Source: an uncultured Gemmatimonadaceae bacterium
Lineage (GTDB): Bacteria > Gemmatimonadota > Gemmatimonadetes > Gemmatimonadales > Gemmatimonadaceae
NCBI GenBank assembly: GCA_963761305.1
Contig: CAVXGK010000002.1
Coordinates: 2,944,001 to 3,008,000 of the forward strand
Direction: 5' to 3'
Length of the DNA stretch: 64,000 bases
Shown: positions 29,351-39,607 of the stretch, in pieces
How positions within the stretch are numbered: position 1 is the first letter of the stretch
Layout of the letters: each line of letters opens with the position of its first letter
Notes under the pieces: model-generated
Databases searched by the model: none
What the model was told of the DNA's origin: nothing
Seen by the model: the letters and a program-made list of their open reading frames with translations, nothing else
Program-made: the position numbers and the translations under genes

Positions 29351-29803
29351 AGTGCCTCGGGGAACGTGCGGCTCAACGCGATACGGGTGCGGACCAGCCC
29401 AGGTTTCGCCTGCCCCTGCGTGGCGCCGGCCTCATGGCCGCCGTCGCGCCGTCTCGGGATCACGGGTCCAGAGTGCGATCAACCCGCGTATCGTGCCGCG
29501 GGTTCTGGACTCGGCGGGGGTTTCGGACGCGCTACGGTACACCTCGATCCCTCGAGCGATCCCGGTGGGAAATCGTCGCTCCCATTCGGGTGGGGACTGG
29601 CGTCCACGTGCAGAAGAACGGCACAGGTCGCCTCGTTCGTGGAGTTGGACGAGCGCCGCGTGTGCACCGGCTGCGGCTCGCCGGCCGCCCGTGGCGAGAC
29701 GGTCACACCAGGGACGCATCGAAGCAGCTCGCTGACGGATGCGGAGCGCCGTTTCTCGACGTCGTCTCGCGTGACGAACAGAGGCTGTAGGTTACAGCCC
29801 CGT

Positions 29804-30751
29804 ATGTCCCCCCCAGCGAACCCGTCGTCCGCGCTTTTTGTTCAGGATCTTCACAAGCACTACGGCGACGTGCGTGCGGTGGACGGACTCGACCTGGACG
29901 TCGGCGCCGGTGAATGCTTCGGGCTGCTGGGCCCGAACGGCGCCGGCAAGACGACGACGATCGAGATCTGTGAAGGCCTGCTCACGCCGGATTCGGGCCG
30001 GGTGGAGATCCTCGGCCTTCGCTGGGACCGTGACGAAAACGAGCTGCGTCAACGACTCGGCATTCAACTTCAAGAAACACAGCTCGCCGACAAGCTCACC
30101 GTCGCCGAGGTCGTGCGCCTCTTCCGCAGCTTCTACGATCGCGGGCGAGCCGTGGACGACGTCATCCGGCTCGTGCAGCTCGACGAAAAGCGAGACGGAC
30201 GCGTCGGGAAACTATCGGGCGGTCAGAAGCAGCGACTCGCGCTCGCCTGCGCGATCGTCGGCGATCCCGATCTCCTGTTTCTCGACGAGCCGACGACGGG
30301 CCTCGACCCGCAGTCGCGGCGCCAGCTCTGGGACTTGATCACCGATTTCAAAGCGCGCGGCCGCACGATCATGCTGACTACGCACTACATGGACGAGGCC
30401 GAGATCCTGTGCGACCGCGTGGCGATCGTCGACCATGGCAAGGTGATCGCGCTCGGCACGCCGAGCGATTTGATTCGTTCGCTCGGCGCGGAACACGTCG
30501 TCGACTTCGCGCTCGGCAACGACGGGGCGAGCCTCGATGAACCGACGCTGCGGTCGATCACCGGCGTGCGCGCTGCGCGACCGCGGGCGGGCGGCTACGA
30601 GCTCAACGTCGCGGCCCTCCACCAAACGGTGCCCGCGCTGCTCGGCTTTCTGGCCGAGCGACATCTCGAGCTCGCGCAGCTCACCACGCACTCGGCCACG
30701 CTCGAGGACGTCTTCGTGTCGTTGACCGGCCGCCAACTCCGGGAGGATTGA
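29804..30751 (+). CDS. ABC-2 exporter ATP-binding subunit
   Basis: GPNGAGKTT, LSGGQKQR, LFLDEPT, TTHYMDEA. Confidence 0.93.
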   Translation: MSPPANPSSALFVQDLHKHYGDVRAVDGLDLDVGAGECFGLLGPNGAGKTTTIEICEGLLTPDSGRVEILGLRWDRDENELRQRLGIQLQETQLADKLTVAEVVRLFRSFYDRGRAVDDVIRLVQLDEKRDGRVGKLSGGQKQRLALACAIVGDPDLLFLDEPTTGLDPQSRRQLWDLITDFKARGRTIMLTTHYMDEAEILCDRVAIVDHGKVIALGTPSDLIRSLGAEHVVDFALGNDGASLDEPTLRSITGVRAARPRAGGYELNVAALHQTVPALLGFLAERHLELAQLTTHSATLEDVFVSLTGRQLRED

Positions 30752-30753
30752 GC

Positions 30754-31800
30754 ATGGCGGAGCGCGACAACCCTCTCCTGCAGCTCATCACCGTCCGGTT
30801 CAAGGAATACACGCGCGAACCGGAGGCGCTCTTCTGGTCGTTCGGCTTTCCGATCCTGCTGGCGATCGGGCTCGGCATCGCCTTTCGCGCGAAACCGCCC
30901 GACGTCGTTCACGTCGCCGTCGCCGAGGGCACGCCGCAGTCGACGACGCTTACTGCTTCGCTGCGCCGCGATTCGTCGCTGGCGGTCGAAGCGATGTCGC
31001 TCGACAGCGCGCGTCTCGCGCTGCGCAGCGGACGCGTCGCCGTCGTCATCGAACCGACGGGCGATCGCGGCGTCGCATACGAGTACGACGACACGCGTCC
31101 CGACGCGCGGACCGCGCGGCTCATCGTGGACGACGACATCCAGCGCGGCGCGGGACGCGCCGACCTGTTGCCGGCGAGCGAGAAGCACGTCCGCGAAGCT
31201 GGGTCGCGCTACATCGACTTCGTGGTGCCGGGCCTGCTCGGCATGACGATCATGGGCGGCGGCATTTGGGGACTCGGCTTCTCGATCGTGGATCAGCGGC
31301 GGCGCAATCTGCTCAAGCGACTCGTGGCGACGCCGATGTCGCGGGCCCAGTATCTGGCGTCGTATCTGATCTCGCGTCTGGTGCTGCTGGCGATCGAAGG
31401 CATCGTGCTGCTGGGCGCGACGCTCGCGCTGTTCGGTGTGCCGCTGCGCGGCGGACTGGGTCCGGTGGCGGTGATCGTCGTCGTGGCGGCGATGGCGTTC
31501 GGAGGACTTGGACTGTTGATCGCGGCGCGTCCGTCGACGATCGAAGGCGTGTCGGGGCTGATGAATCTCACCATGCTGCCGATGTGGGTGCTCTCCGGCG
31601 TCTTTTTTTCGTCGGAGAATTTTCCGCGTGTCGTGCAGCCGTTCATCAAGGCGCTGCCGCTGACGGCGACCAACGACGCGTTGCGCGCCAGCATGCTGCG
31701 CGGCGCGCCGCTCCACTCGCTGTGGCCCGAGTTCGCCGTCTTGCTCGCATGGATGATCGTTTGCTTCACCATCGCGTTGCGAGTCTTCCGGTGGCGATGA
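30754..31800 (+). CDS. ABC-2 exporter permease
   Basis: REPEALFW, YIDFVVPG, LKRLVATP, multiple TM helices. Confidence 0.9.
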   Translation: MAERDNPLLQLITVRFKEYTREPEALFWSFGFPILLAIGLGIAFRAKPPDVVHVAVAEGTPQSTTLTASLRRDSSLAVEAMSLDSARLALRSGRVAVVIEPTGDRGVAYEYDDTRPDARTARLIVDDDIQRGAGRADLLPASEKHVREAGSRYIDFVVPGLLGMTIMGGGIWGLGFSIVDQRRRNLLKRLVATPMSRAQYLASYLISRLVLLAIEGIVLLGATLALFGVPLRGGLGPVAVIVVVAAMAFGGLGLLIAARPSTIEGVSGLMNLTMLPMWVLSGVFFSSENFPRVVQPFIKALPLTATNDALRASMLRGAPLHSLWPEFAVLLAWMIVCFTIALRVFRWR

Positions 31801-33236
31801 CCGGCGACTTGCCGCGCGAGGAGCTGCTCGCCCAGGGACGCGCAGTACTCGACTGGATCGCGAATTACCTCGACACGCCAGAGCGCTATCCGGTGGTGTC
31901 GCGCGCGCGCCCCGGTGAAATTCGCGCTCAACTTCCGAAATCGCCGCCGGCCTCCGGCGAACCGATGGCGGACATCCTGCGCGATTTCGAGACGACGATC
32001 GTTCCCGGCATCACGCACTGGAATCACCCATCGTTCTTCGCCTACTTCGCGACGTCGGCGGCAGCGCCCGGCATTCTCGCCGAGATGCTGACCGCGACGC
32101 TCGACGTGAAGGCGATGCTGTGGAAGACGTCACCCGCGGCGACAGAGCTCGAACAAGTCGTGACCGATTGGTTGCGGCAGATGCTCGGCCTCGACGAGGG
32201 TTGGTTCGGACTGACGACGGATACGGCGTCGATCTCCACCATGCTCGCGGTCGCGGCGGCGCGCGAAGCGAAGCCGGAGCTCGCGATTCGAGAGCGCGGC
32301 TTGGCGGGACGCTCGGATCTGCCGGTGCTCCGGGTGTATGCGTCCGAGCACGCGCACTCGGCGATCGACAAGGCGGCGATCGCGCTGGGCCTGGGGCTCG
32401 AGAATCTCGTGCACGTGCCGAGCGACGCGGCATTTCGAATGCGCCCCGACGTGCTCGGCGCGGCGATCGCCGACGATCGCGCGCGCGGGTTCATCCCGCT
32501 CGCGTGTGTCGCGACCGTAGGAACGACGAGTACGGCAAGCATCGACCCGCTCCCCGCGATCGCGGAGATCTGCCGGCGTGAAGACGTCTGGTTGCACGTC
32601 GACGGGGCGTACGGCGGGGTGCTCGCCATCGCGCCGGAGTTTCGCTCGGTGCTCGACGGCCTGGAGGGTGCGGACTCGTTCGTCGTGAATCCGCACAAGT
32701 GGATGTTCACGCCGTTCGATTGTTCGGTGCTGTTTCTCAAGCGGCCCGACGTGCTCAAGCGCGCATTCTCGCTCGTGCCCGAGTTCCTCGTCACTCGCGA
32801 GCAGGACGAGGTGGTGAACTACATGGACTACGGCGTGCAGCTCGGGCGGCGATTTCGCGCGCTCAAGCTGTGGATGATCATCCGCGCGTTCGGCGTCGAC
32901 GGGTTGGCCGAGCGGATGCGGGCGCACTGTGCGCTCGCGCGCACGTTCGCGGGGTGGGTGCGCGAGACGCCGGGGTGGGAAGTCGTCGCACCCGTCGACT
33001 TTTCACTCGTCTGCTTCCGCTTCGCGCCGTCGGGAACGAGCGAGGAGCGACCGGACGCGATGAACGAGGAGATCATGCAGGCGGTGAACGCGAGTGGGGA
33101 GGCCTATCTCTCGCACACTCGGCTCAACGGACGACTCGTCCTCCGGTTCGCGATCGGGAATATCAGAACGGAAGAGAAGCACGTCGCGAAGGCGTGGGCG
33201 AAACTGAAAGGCGAAGGTGACAAACTCCGAAGGTGA
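31797..33236 (+). CDS. PLP-dependent group II (aromatic L-amino-acid-type) decarboxylase
   Basis: PGITHWNHP, SPAATELE, AHSAIDKA, WLHVDGAYGG, NPHKW, RFRALKLW. Confidence 0.92.
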   Translation: MTGDLPREELLAQGRAVLDWIANYLDTPERYPVVSRARPGEIRAQLPKSPPASGEPMADILRDFETTIVPGITHWNHPSFFAYFATSAAAPGILAEMLTATLDVKAMLWKTSPAATELEQVVTDWLRQMLGLDEGWFGLTTDTASISTMLAVAAAREAKPELAIRERGLAGRSDLPVLRVYASEHAHSAIDKAAIALGLGLENLVHVPSDAAFRMRPDVLGAAIADDRARGFIPLACVATVGTTSTASIDPLPAIAEICRREDVWLHVDGAYGGVLAIAPEFRSVLDGLEGADSFVVNPHKWMFTPFDCSVLFLKRPDVLKRAFSLVPEFLVTREQDEVVNYMDYGVQLGRRFRALKLWMIIRAFGVDGLAERMRAHCALARTFAGWVRETPGWEVVAPVDFSLVCFRFAPSGTSEERPDAMNEEIMQAVNASGEAYLSHTRLNGRLVLRFAIGNIRTEEKHVAKAWAKLKGEGDKLRR

Positions 33237-33388
33237 CGAACGGCGAGACTAACGAACGACGAGGGTGACGAACGCCGAGAAGGGCGAGAAGGGCGAATCA
33301 GATTCGCCGTCTCGCCCTTCTCGCCCTTTGTTACCTTCGCAGTTCGTTACCTTCGGAGTTCGTTACCTTCGCTGTTTGTTAGTTTCGC
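33211..33388. repeat. 178-bp imperfect palindrome built from 16-bp tandem units
   Basis: 4x [CGAAGGTGACGAAC-like] + GGGCGAGAA repeats, centre GAATC-A-GATTC, then the mirror image with 4x [GTTCGTTACCTTCG-like]. Confidence 0.85.
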
Positions 33389-34029
33389 TATTCGTGCGCA
33401 GCGAGCTTGTCGGTGAAGAACTGCGGAAAACTCTTCTTCAAGTTCACCACCTTCGGCGCGTCGTTGATCGCGATGTACGGCTGATCCGGGTGCAGCTCGG
33501 CGTAGTTCTGGTGATAGTCTTCGGCGCGATAGAACGCCTTGAGCTTCTGCACCTGGGTGACGATCGGCTTCGAGTACAGGTGTGACCCGTTGAGTTGGGC
33601 GATGTACGCCTCGGCCATGTCCCGCTGCTCGTCGGTCATGTAGAAGATCGCCGAGCGATACTGCGTGCCGACGTCCGGGCCTTGGCGGTTGAGCTGCGTC
33701 GGGTCGTGCGCCACGCTGAAGAACACGCGCATCAGGTCGGCGAACGAGACCTGCGCCGGATCGAACGCGACGCGCACCGACTCCGCGTGCCCCGTGGACC
33801 CGGAGCTGACTTCCTCGTAATCCGGGTGATCCTTCGTCCCGCCGGCATAGCCGGAGGTCGCGCTGACCACGCCTTTGACGTGCTGGAAAACCGATTGAAT
33901 TCCCCAGAAGCAGCCGCCGGCGAACACGACCGTCTCGGTCTTGGGCGACGCCGCGTTCGGCCGCACCATCGCCGAGGTCGCCGCGACGAGGCCGGCAGCG
34001 ATGATTCCCCGAGTCAATACACGCATCAT
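33388..34029 (-). CDS. msrA: Peptide-methionine (S)-S-oxide reductase with signal peptide
   Basis: GGCFWG, GHAESV, HDPTQLNRQGPDVGTQYRSAIF, AEDYHQNY. Confidence 0.95.
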   Translation of the reverse strand: MMRVLTRGIIAAGLVAATSAMVRPNAASPKTETVVFAGGCFWGIQSVFQHVKGVVSATSGYAGGTKDHPDYEEVSSGSTGHAESVRVAFDPAQVSFADLMRVFFSVAHDPTQLNRQGPDVGTQYRSAIFYMTDEQRDMAEAYIAQLNGSHLYSKPIVTQVQKLKAFYRAEDYHQNYAELHPDQPYIAINDAPKVVNLKKSFPQFFTDKLAAHE

Positions 34030-34099
34030 GGTCCCACCCTCCGTTCCTTAAGAGTCGTTCACTTTCGGGATCCGTCGATCGCGCCGATCACATCCAACT

Positions 34100-34723
34100 T
34101 CAATCCTCGCTGTCGGCGTTTCCAGGAGTCGGCATTTCCTTTGTGTCGCCCGACGCCAGCACTTCGACCACTTCCTCCGGAACGTGCCGGGCCCGCACGA
34201 TCCAGAAACCGAGCCCCAACAACAGAACGAATAACGCCACCAAGAAGTTCTCGTAACGGCGAACGTGCCCGAGAATGATCAAGGTCGTCTCGCCGAAGGC
34301 CCATCCGATTCCGGTGAAGACGAGAGCCCAGCTGGCGGCGCTGATCGCGCTTCCGACCAAATACACCGGGAGCGGCACGCGCGCGGCCCCACAGGCGATC
34401 GGCAACGTCAACCGTAATCCGTACGCCCACCGAACCGCGACGGATGCACGCCACGGGTGGCGTCGAACGACCTTGAACGTGCGGACCATCCAGTCGCGCA
34501 ACCGTGGCCAGCGCTGCCGAGCCCAGCGGCCCTGCCAACGTCCCACATAATACAACCCCAGGTCGGCGAGCCACGTTCCGACGGCGATGGCAAGGAACAC
34601 CGTCGTGAGACGCAAATAGCGGTCGTGGGCCATGAGGCCGCCGATGAGCGGCGTCGCCTCTTCGGTGACGATCCCGGTCGCGCCGAGCGTGATGTATGCC
34701 CACAAGCGGTGGAGCGCGGCCAT
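34100..34723 (-). CDS. DedA/VTT-family membrane protein
   Basis: GTWLADLGLYYVGR, VRWAYGLR, CGAARVP. Start uncertain. Confidence 0.8.
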   Translation of the reverse strand: MAALHRLWAYITLGATGIVTEEATPLIGGLMAHDRYLRLTTVFLAIAVGTWLADLGLYYVGRWQGRWARQRWPRLRDWMVRTFKVVRRHPWRASVAVRWAYGLRLTLPIACGAARVPLPVYLVGSAISAASWALVFTGIGWAFGETTLIILGHVRRYENFLVALFVLLLGLGFWIVRARHVPEEVVEVLASGDTKEMPTPGNADSED

Positions 34724-34799
34724 GGCCTGCGGATGCCGCGTCGCGATCTGCAGAAGCGCGAGAATCGTCGTCGCCCTCGAGCCGTTGTGAAGGGGCGAT

Positions 34800-35690
34800 T
34801 CAGGGCGCGATGGACGCGACCACGGGCGGATCCGCTGGCCGAAGCGCGTCCAAGCGCGCGCGCAACTCGGTCTGCAGACGGCGGGCAATTGGGCCCGGTT
34901 TCCCCTCGCCGACGACTTTGCCGTCGAGCCGAACCACGGGCATTACGTCGGTCGTGGTGCCGACGAGAAACAATTCCTCAACCCGGGCGAGGTCGCGCTC
35001 GCCGAACGCCGCTTCTCGTACGGGCACGCCAAGCGATCGCGCGATCTCGAGGATGACGGCTCGTGTGACACCCGGAAGGATCAAGTGATTCGCCTGGTGT
35101 GTGCACAGTGCGCCGTCGAGCACAACGAAAACGTTGGTGTGCGACCCTTCGGTCACGACGCCGTCGCGTATCATGATCGCTTCGATCGCGTGACGTTCCT
35201 CGGCGGCTTGTTTGGCCAGGACGTTGGGCAGCAGCTGGATGGATTTGATGTCGCAGCGCAGCCACCGAACGTCGGGCACGGTGATGCATTCGGCGCCGTG
35301 CTCGCGGACGTCTTCCGGGGTGACGAGACGATTCGCCGTGGCGTAGACCGTCGGCGACACGCGCGCCGCCGGGAACTGGTGCGTTCGCGGCGCCACGCCG
35401 CGCGTGATTTCCAGATAGAACGTCGCGTCGCCGTCGAGCAGATCGGAGTCGGTCAGGAGCCGGCGGGCGATCTCGTGAAGTCGGTCGCGCGTCGACACGT
35501 CGGGGCGCGCGATTCTCAGCTCGTCCAGGCCGCGATGGAGTCGTGCGATGTGGCGATCGCTCTCGAACAGCGAACCGCCGACCGCGCGCCACACCTCGTA
35601 GACGCCGTCGCCGAAGACGAAGCCACGATCGTCGACCGGAATGGAGGCGGCGGAGCGAGGAAGGAAGTGACCGTCGAGGTACGCAAGCAC
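34800..35690 (-). CDS. Class IV aminotransferase (D-amino-acid aminotransferase-like)
   Basis: DRGFVFGDGVYE, ITRGVAPR.H, RWLRCDIKS, TEGSHTN, ILPGVTR. GTG start assumed. Confidence 0.88.
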   Translation of the reverse strand: MLAYLDGHFLPRSAASIPVDDRGFVFGDGVYEVWRAVGGSLFESDRHIARLHRGLDELRIARPDVSTRDRLHEIARRLLTDSDLLDGDATFYLEITRGVAPRTHQFPAARVSPTVYATANRLVTPEDVREHGAECITVPDVRWLRCDIKSIQLLPNVLAKQAAEERHAIEAIMIRDGVVTEGSHTNVFVVLDGALCTHQANHLILPGVTRAVILEIARSLGVPVREAAFGERDLARVEELFLVGTTTDVMPVVRLDGKVVGEGKPGPIARRLQTELRARLDALRPADPPVVASIAP

Positions 35691-35748
35691 GTGGCGTATT
35701 GGAGAGGATGGACCGGCTGGAAGGTAACTTTGGACGGGTGCCTCGGAC

Positions 35749-36279
35749 ATGTCCAACGTCATTCTCGAAACTCCGCGTCTCCGACTGCGCGAGCTAGCGG
35801 CGAGCGATCTCGATTTCGTCGCCGCGATGCTCAGCGACGCCGACGTCATGCGCTACTACCCGAACCGCCTCGACCGCGACGGGTCGCTGGCCTGGATTGA
35901 ACGCCAGCAAATGCGGTACGCGCGCGACGGACACGGCCTCTGGCTGCTCGTGAATCGCGAAACGGACGAACCCGTCGGGCAGGTCGGGCTCGTCATGCAC
36001 GAGTTGAAGGGCCTGCCTCGGCCGCGCTATCCGGAAATCGGCTACCTGTTGCACCGACCCTTCTGGCATCGCGGATTCGCCACCGAGGCCGCAGTCGGCG
36101 TGCGCGACTACGCGTTTCACGTTCGCGCCTACGATCAAGTCATTTCGCTCATTCGTCCGGTCAACGAGCCGTCCCAGGCAGTCGCGCGCCGTCTCGGCAT
36201 GTCAGTCATCGGCGAGACCGAATTCGCCGGACTCTCGCACCTCGTTTTCGGATTGAACGCCGAGCGCGCGCCGCTCTGA
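35749..36279 (+). CDS. GNAT N-acetyltransferase (RimJ/RimL-like)
   Basis: LETPRLRLR, EIGY, FWHRGFATEAA, NEPSQAVARRLGM. Confidence 0.9.
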   Translation: MSNVILETPRLRLRELAASDLDFVAAMLSDADVMRYYPNRLDRDGSLAWIERQQMRYARDGHGLWLLVNRETDEPVGQVGLVMHELKGLPRPRYPEIGYLLHRPFWHRGFATEAAVGVRDYAFHVRAYDQVISLIRPVNEPSQAVARRLGMSVIGETEFAGLSHLVFGLNAERAPL

Positions 36280-36353
36280 GGCTGTTTCCACCGAGGCTTT
36301 ACAACTGACGCCGTCGCCTTGCGAGGCAAAGCGCTTTGGCGTCGATTCAGCAA

Positions 36354-37829
36354 ATGCCCTTCGCGCCCCGACAAACGAACGGCGAGCGGACGGGCGCGAC
36401 GGCAGCGCTGCTGTTTTTGGCGCTGACCTCGCTCCCAGCCACGTCGCTCGCACAGCACCAGACGATCTCACGGGCTGATTCCGCCCTCGTCTTCCGCATT
36501 CTGACGGCCGAGGACCGGCGTGATACGGCGGACGCGTCGCTCGCTCAAGGTGAACAGTCCGCCGATCAGCGAATCCGGCTGCTCGCACGGCGCGCGCTCG
36601 GCCGCATCCGCGATCCGCGGTTCGCGGCGCGCGATTCGTTGCCGGCGCCGCGGGCACCAATGGCGTGGCCCGAGCCGGCGTGGCGTCTTCGCTACCGCGC
36701 GCTGACCGCGCAGTCGGACTGCGGCGTGATTCGAACGGCGTTGGCCGACAGCGCGTGGCCTGTGCGCCTGCATGCCGCCGATCTCGCGAGCGCGTCGTGC
36801 TCGGGCGATTCCGCCGTCGTCGCGACGCTCGAGCGGTGGGTCGACGTTGTGCCGGTCGTCGCGTCGCAGCGCGCGCCGGGAGGCGTGTCGTGGCAAGCGG
36901 CGGCGCACGCGATCGTCGGGCTCTCCCGCGTGGCGCCCGACCAGGCGCAGCGTCGACTCGCTTCGCTAGCGGCCCACCGTCAATGGCAGATCCGGGCGTA
37001 CGCCGCTCGCGCGGCCCGCGTGCTGTCGGACACCGCGCACCTGCGAACGCTCGCGCGCGACGCCAACGACAACGTGAAAGAGCAAGCGATCGACGCGCTG
37101 AGCGCGTTGACCCGACACATGGACGATCGCCTGTTCATCGCGGTGCTCAATTCGCCGACCGCGGGCGCGCAAGCCGTTCGCGCCGCGGCGCGGGCGCTGC
37201 TCGGATCGCCAGATCCCGCCGCGCACGCCGCCGAGAACGCGGCGTTCGCCCGGTGGGTGGCGCGCGACAACGCGTCGGCGCGAGACGCGCGCGTCGCGCT
37301 GCTCGAAGCCGCCGGACGTCCGGCGAGCGAGGACCGGCCGCCGACGACGCAGGTCGATCTTCCCGCCCGCGTGGTACCGTTGGCACTCGGCGCCGAAGCC
37401 CGCGTGCGCGTGACGATGGCGCGTGAGAACGGAGGCGGTTCGTTCGTCGTGTGGATGCGCGGCGACGTCGCGCCGATCATGGTGGCGCGCGTCCTCGGGC
37501 TCGTGAAGTCGGGCTACTACAACGGGTACGGTTGGCACCGCGTCGAGCCCGATTTCGTGATTCAAGGTCCGAGTGCGGGCGACAACGAGTACGTCGGCTA
37601 CTCGCGCTACTTCCGCGACGAGTTGAGCACGCTGCCCCACGCCCGCGGTACCGTTGGCATGAGCACGCGCGGACACGACAGCGGCGACGGGCAGTGGTTC
37701 ATCAACCTTCGCGACAATCTGCGGCTCGGCCGCGACTACACCGTGTTCGGCGAGGTGGTCGAGGGGATCGACGTGGTCGACGGCATACTCGAAGGCGACG
37801 TCATCGCGCGCATGGAAGAGATCCGGTAA
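36354..37829 (+). CDS. Secreted HEAT-repeat protein with C-terminal cyclophilin-type PPIase domain
   Basis: HEAT-like repeats; HRVEPDFVIQG, RGTVGMSTRGHDSGDGQWFIN, YTVFGEVVEG. Confidence 0.85.
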   Translation: MPFAPRQTNGERTGATAALLFLALTSLPATSLAQHQTISRADSALVFRILTAEDRRDTADASLAQGEQSADQRIRLLARRALGRIRDPRFAARDSLPAPRAPMAWPEPAWRLRYRALTAQSDCGVIRTALADSAWPVRLHAADLASASCSGDSAVVATLERWVDVVPVVASQRAPGGVSWQAAAHAIVGLSRVAPDQAQRRLASLAAHRQWQIRAYAARAARVLSDTAHLRTLARDANDNVKEQAIDALSALTRHMDDRLFIAVLNSPTAGAQAVRAAARALLGSPDPAAHAAENAAFARWVARDNASARDARVALLEAAGRPASEDRPPTTQVDLPARVVPLALGAEARVRVTMARENGGGSFVVWMRGDVAPIMVARVLGLVKSGYYNGYGWHRVEPDFVIQGPSAGDNEYVGYSRYFRDELSTLPHARGTVGMSTRGHDSGDGQWFINLRDNLRLGRDYTVFGEVVEGIDVVDGILEGDVIARMEEIR

Positions 37830-37860
37830 GGAGCCGCGACGTTGGGTCAGCGCCGCGACA

Positions 37861-38382
37861 TCAACCGCCCGTGTGCTTCGTGACCTCGTCGAAGACGAGC
37901 TTCTCGAGGCGACCCGTCGAGTAACAGGCCTTTGCCATCCGGATGGGCCCTGTCAGATCGCGGCCGCTGGCGACCGTCGACACGCCGAGCCGCGTTCCCT
38001 TCCCCGGCAGCGGCACGACGTACGCGACGACGACGATGTCGAGTTGGTACGAGTCGGCGTACGGGCCGGTGGGGCCCTCACCGCAGTCGTACGATTTCGA
38101 CAAGAGCGCGCCCGCCAAGTTGCGCGAGCGCTGGAATCGTTCGCTGCCGATGACGCCTTGCGTGTTGGCCGTCTGGCCGACGGGGATGTCGAGCGCGGGA
38201 TACGCGTGCAACACGGCGTCGTAAATCTTGGCCGGTTCCGCGCGGAATTCACGCTGGACTTGCATGGTGTCGAGCAGAACGGGCTCGGTCCATGCCTGAA
38301 GACGGATTCGTACGTTCTGTGCGGTCGCGACGTTGGCGAGAACGACGAGTGCCAATGCGACCGGGGTGGGGGTTCGGCGCAT
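37861..38382 (-). CDS. Hypothetical secreted protein
   Basis: Signal peptide; two Cys (YDCG, CYSTGRLE). Confidence 0.65.
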   Translation of the reverse strand: MRRTPTPVALALVVLANVATAQNVRIRLQAWTEPVLLDTMQVQREFRAEPAKIYDAVLHAYPALDIPVGQTANTQGVIGSERFQRSRNLAGALLSKSYDCGEGPTGPYADSYQLDIVVVAYVVPLPGKGTRLGVSTVASGRDLTGPIRMAKACYSTGRLEKLVFDEVTKHTGG

Positions 38383-38437
38383 GACCTATCGTGGCACCGA
38401 ATTCGGCGCCGGGCAAGACTGCGCCGGTTGAATCCTG

Positions 38438-39568
38438 TTAGACGCGCGCGAACCGACGCCGTTCGGCCAATTCCACGATCGCGTCTTCGCACTCGTTCAA
38501 GCACGCCTCGACGCGCGCGACCGAGTGGTCACCCATGTGGCCGATGCGCACCGTCGACTCGCGGAGCTGACCGTAGCCGCTGCCGATCGTGAAACCGCGC
38601 GCCTGCACAGCCTCGATCATCTCGGGGCCGCGCATGCCCGTCGGCAGCACGATCACCGACACGGTCGGCGAACGCGCTCCCTCAGGCGCGACGACACCGA
38701 GATCGAATCCGCGGCGGCGCGCGACCCCGGCGACCCAGTCGATCGTGGCGTCGCGCATGGCGAGGTGTCGATCCCACCGTTGCTCGATTCCTTCGCGCCC
38801 GATGTCGCCCATCTGCGTTTCGAGCGCGTAGAGCAGCGACGTCGCCGGCGTGCTCGGCGTCTGGTTCATGTTGGCGAACTTCTCGTACTGCAACACGTCG
38901 AAGTAGAAGCCGCGATCGCGCACCGACGCGGCTCGTTCCACGTACTCCTTCGATGCGACGGCGAAGGCGAGTCCCGCGGGCAGCGCGAGCGCCTTCTGCG
39001 ACCCGGTGAGCACGAAGTCGAGCTGCCAGGCATCCACCATCAGCTCCGCGCCGCCGGCGCCGGAGACGCTGTCGACGATCGCCATGGCGCCGTAGCGATG
39101 CGCCAGCTCGGCCACGGCGCGCACGTCGGTCAGCACACCGGTCGACGTCTCGGAGTGCGCGACGGTCACCGCGGACAACTCACGGCGCCTGAGGGCGTCC
39201 TCGACGGCGTTCAGGTCGAACGTGGCGCCCCACGGCACCTCGACGCGCTCGACGACGCGCTCGCACGACTCGGCCACGGCGGCGAATCGCTCGGAGAACC
39301 CGCCGTTGACGAGCGAGAGGATCGCGCCCGCGCGCACGTTGCGGATCGCCATCTCCATGAATCCGGTCGCCGACGTCGCGCCGACGTACACCGGCCGCGC
39401 CGTGAGCAGCACGTCGCGAAGCCCCGCCTCGATACGCGCGAACATCGCCTCGAACTCGCGACCGCGGTGCACGATCATCGGGCGCGTGAGCTCGGCGAGG
39501 ATCTCCGGACGAATCTCGGTAGGGCCGGGAACGAAGAACGTCCCGAACTCGGAACGGTACTCTGCCAT
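38438..39568 (-). CDS. Class V aminotransferase (alanine-glyoxylate/serine-pyruvate type)
   Basis: PGPTE, HSETSTGV, VDSVS, TGSQKALALPAGL, RIGHMG. Confidence 0.92.
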   Translation of the reverse strand: MAEYRSEFGTFFVPGPTEIRPEILAELTRPMIVHRGREFEAMFARIEAGLRDVLLTARPVYVGATSATGFMEMAIRNVRAGAILSLVNGGFSERFAAVAESCERVVERVEVPWGATFDLNAVEDALRRRELSAVTVAHSETSTGVLTDVRAVAELAHRYGAMAIVDSVSGAGGAELMVDAWQLDFVLTGSQKALALPAGLAFAVASKEYVERAASVRDRGFYFDVLQYEKFANMNQTPSTPATSLLYALETQMGDIGREGIEQRWDRHLAMRDATIDWVAGVARRRGFDLGVVAPEGARSPTVSVIVLPTGMRGPEMIEAVQARGFTIGSGYGQLRESTVRIGHMGDHSVARVEACLNECEDAIVELAERRRFARV

Positions 39569-39607
39569 GCCCAAAACTATACGCGGTCGGGTGCGGAGAC
39601 CGGACCG

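Noticed and set aside
29351..29803. Possible ncRNA in the 450-bp divergent intergenic region, and the N-terminal extension of the ABC ATPase ORF
   Set aside because: Only GC-rich hairpins expected by chance; the extension looks non-coding and ATPase motifs begin after 29804.
33211..33388. CRISPR-like array
   Set aside because: The units are contiguous 16-mers with no unique spacers, they are mirrored, and no cas genes are present.
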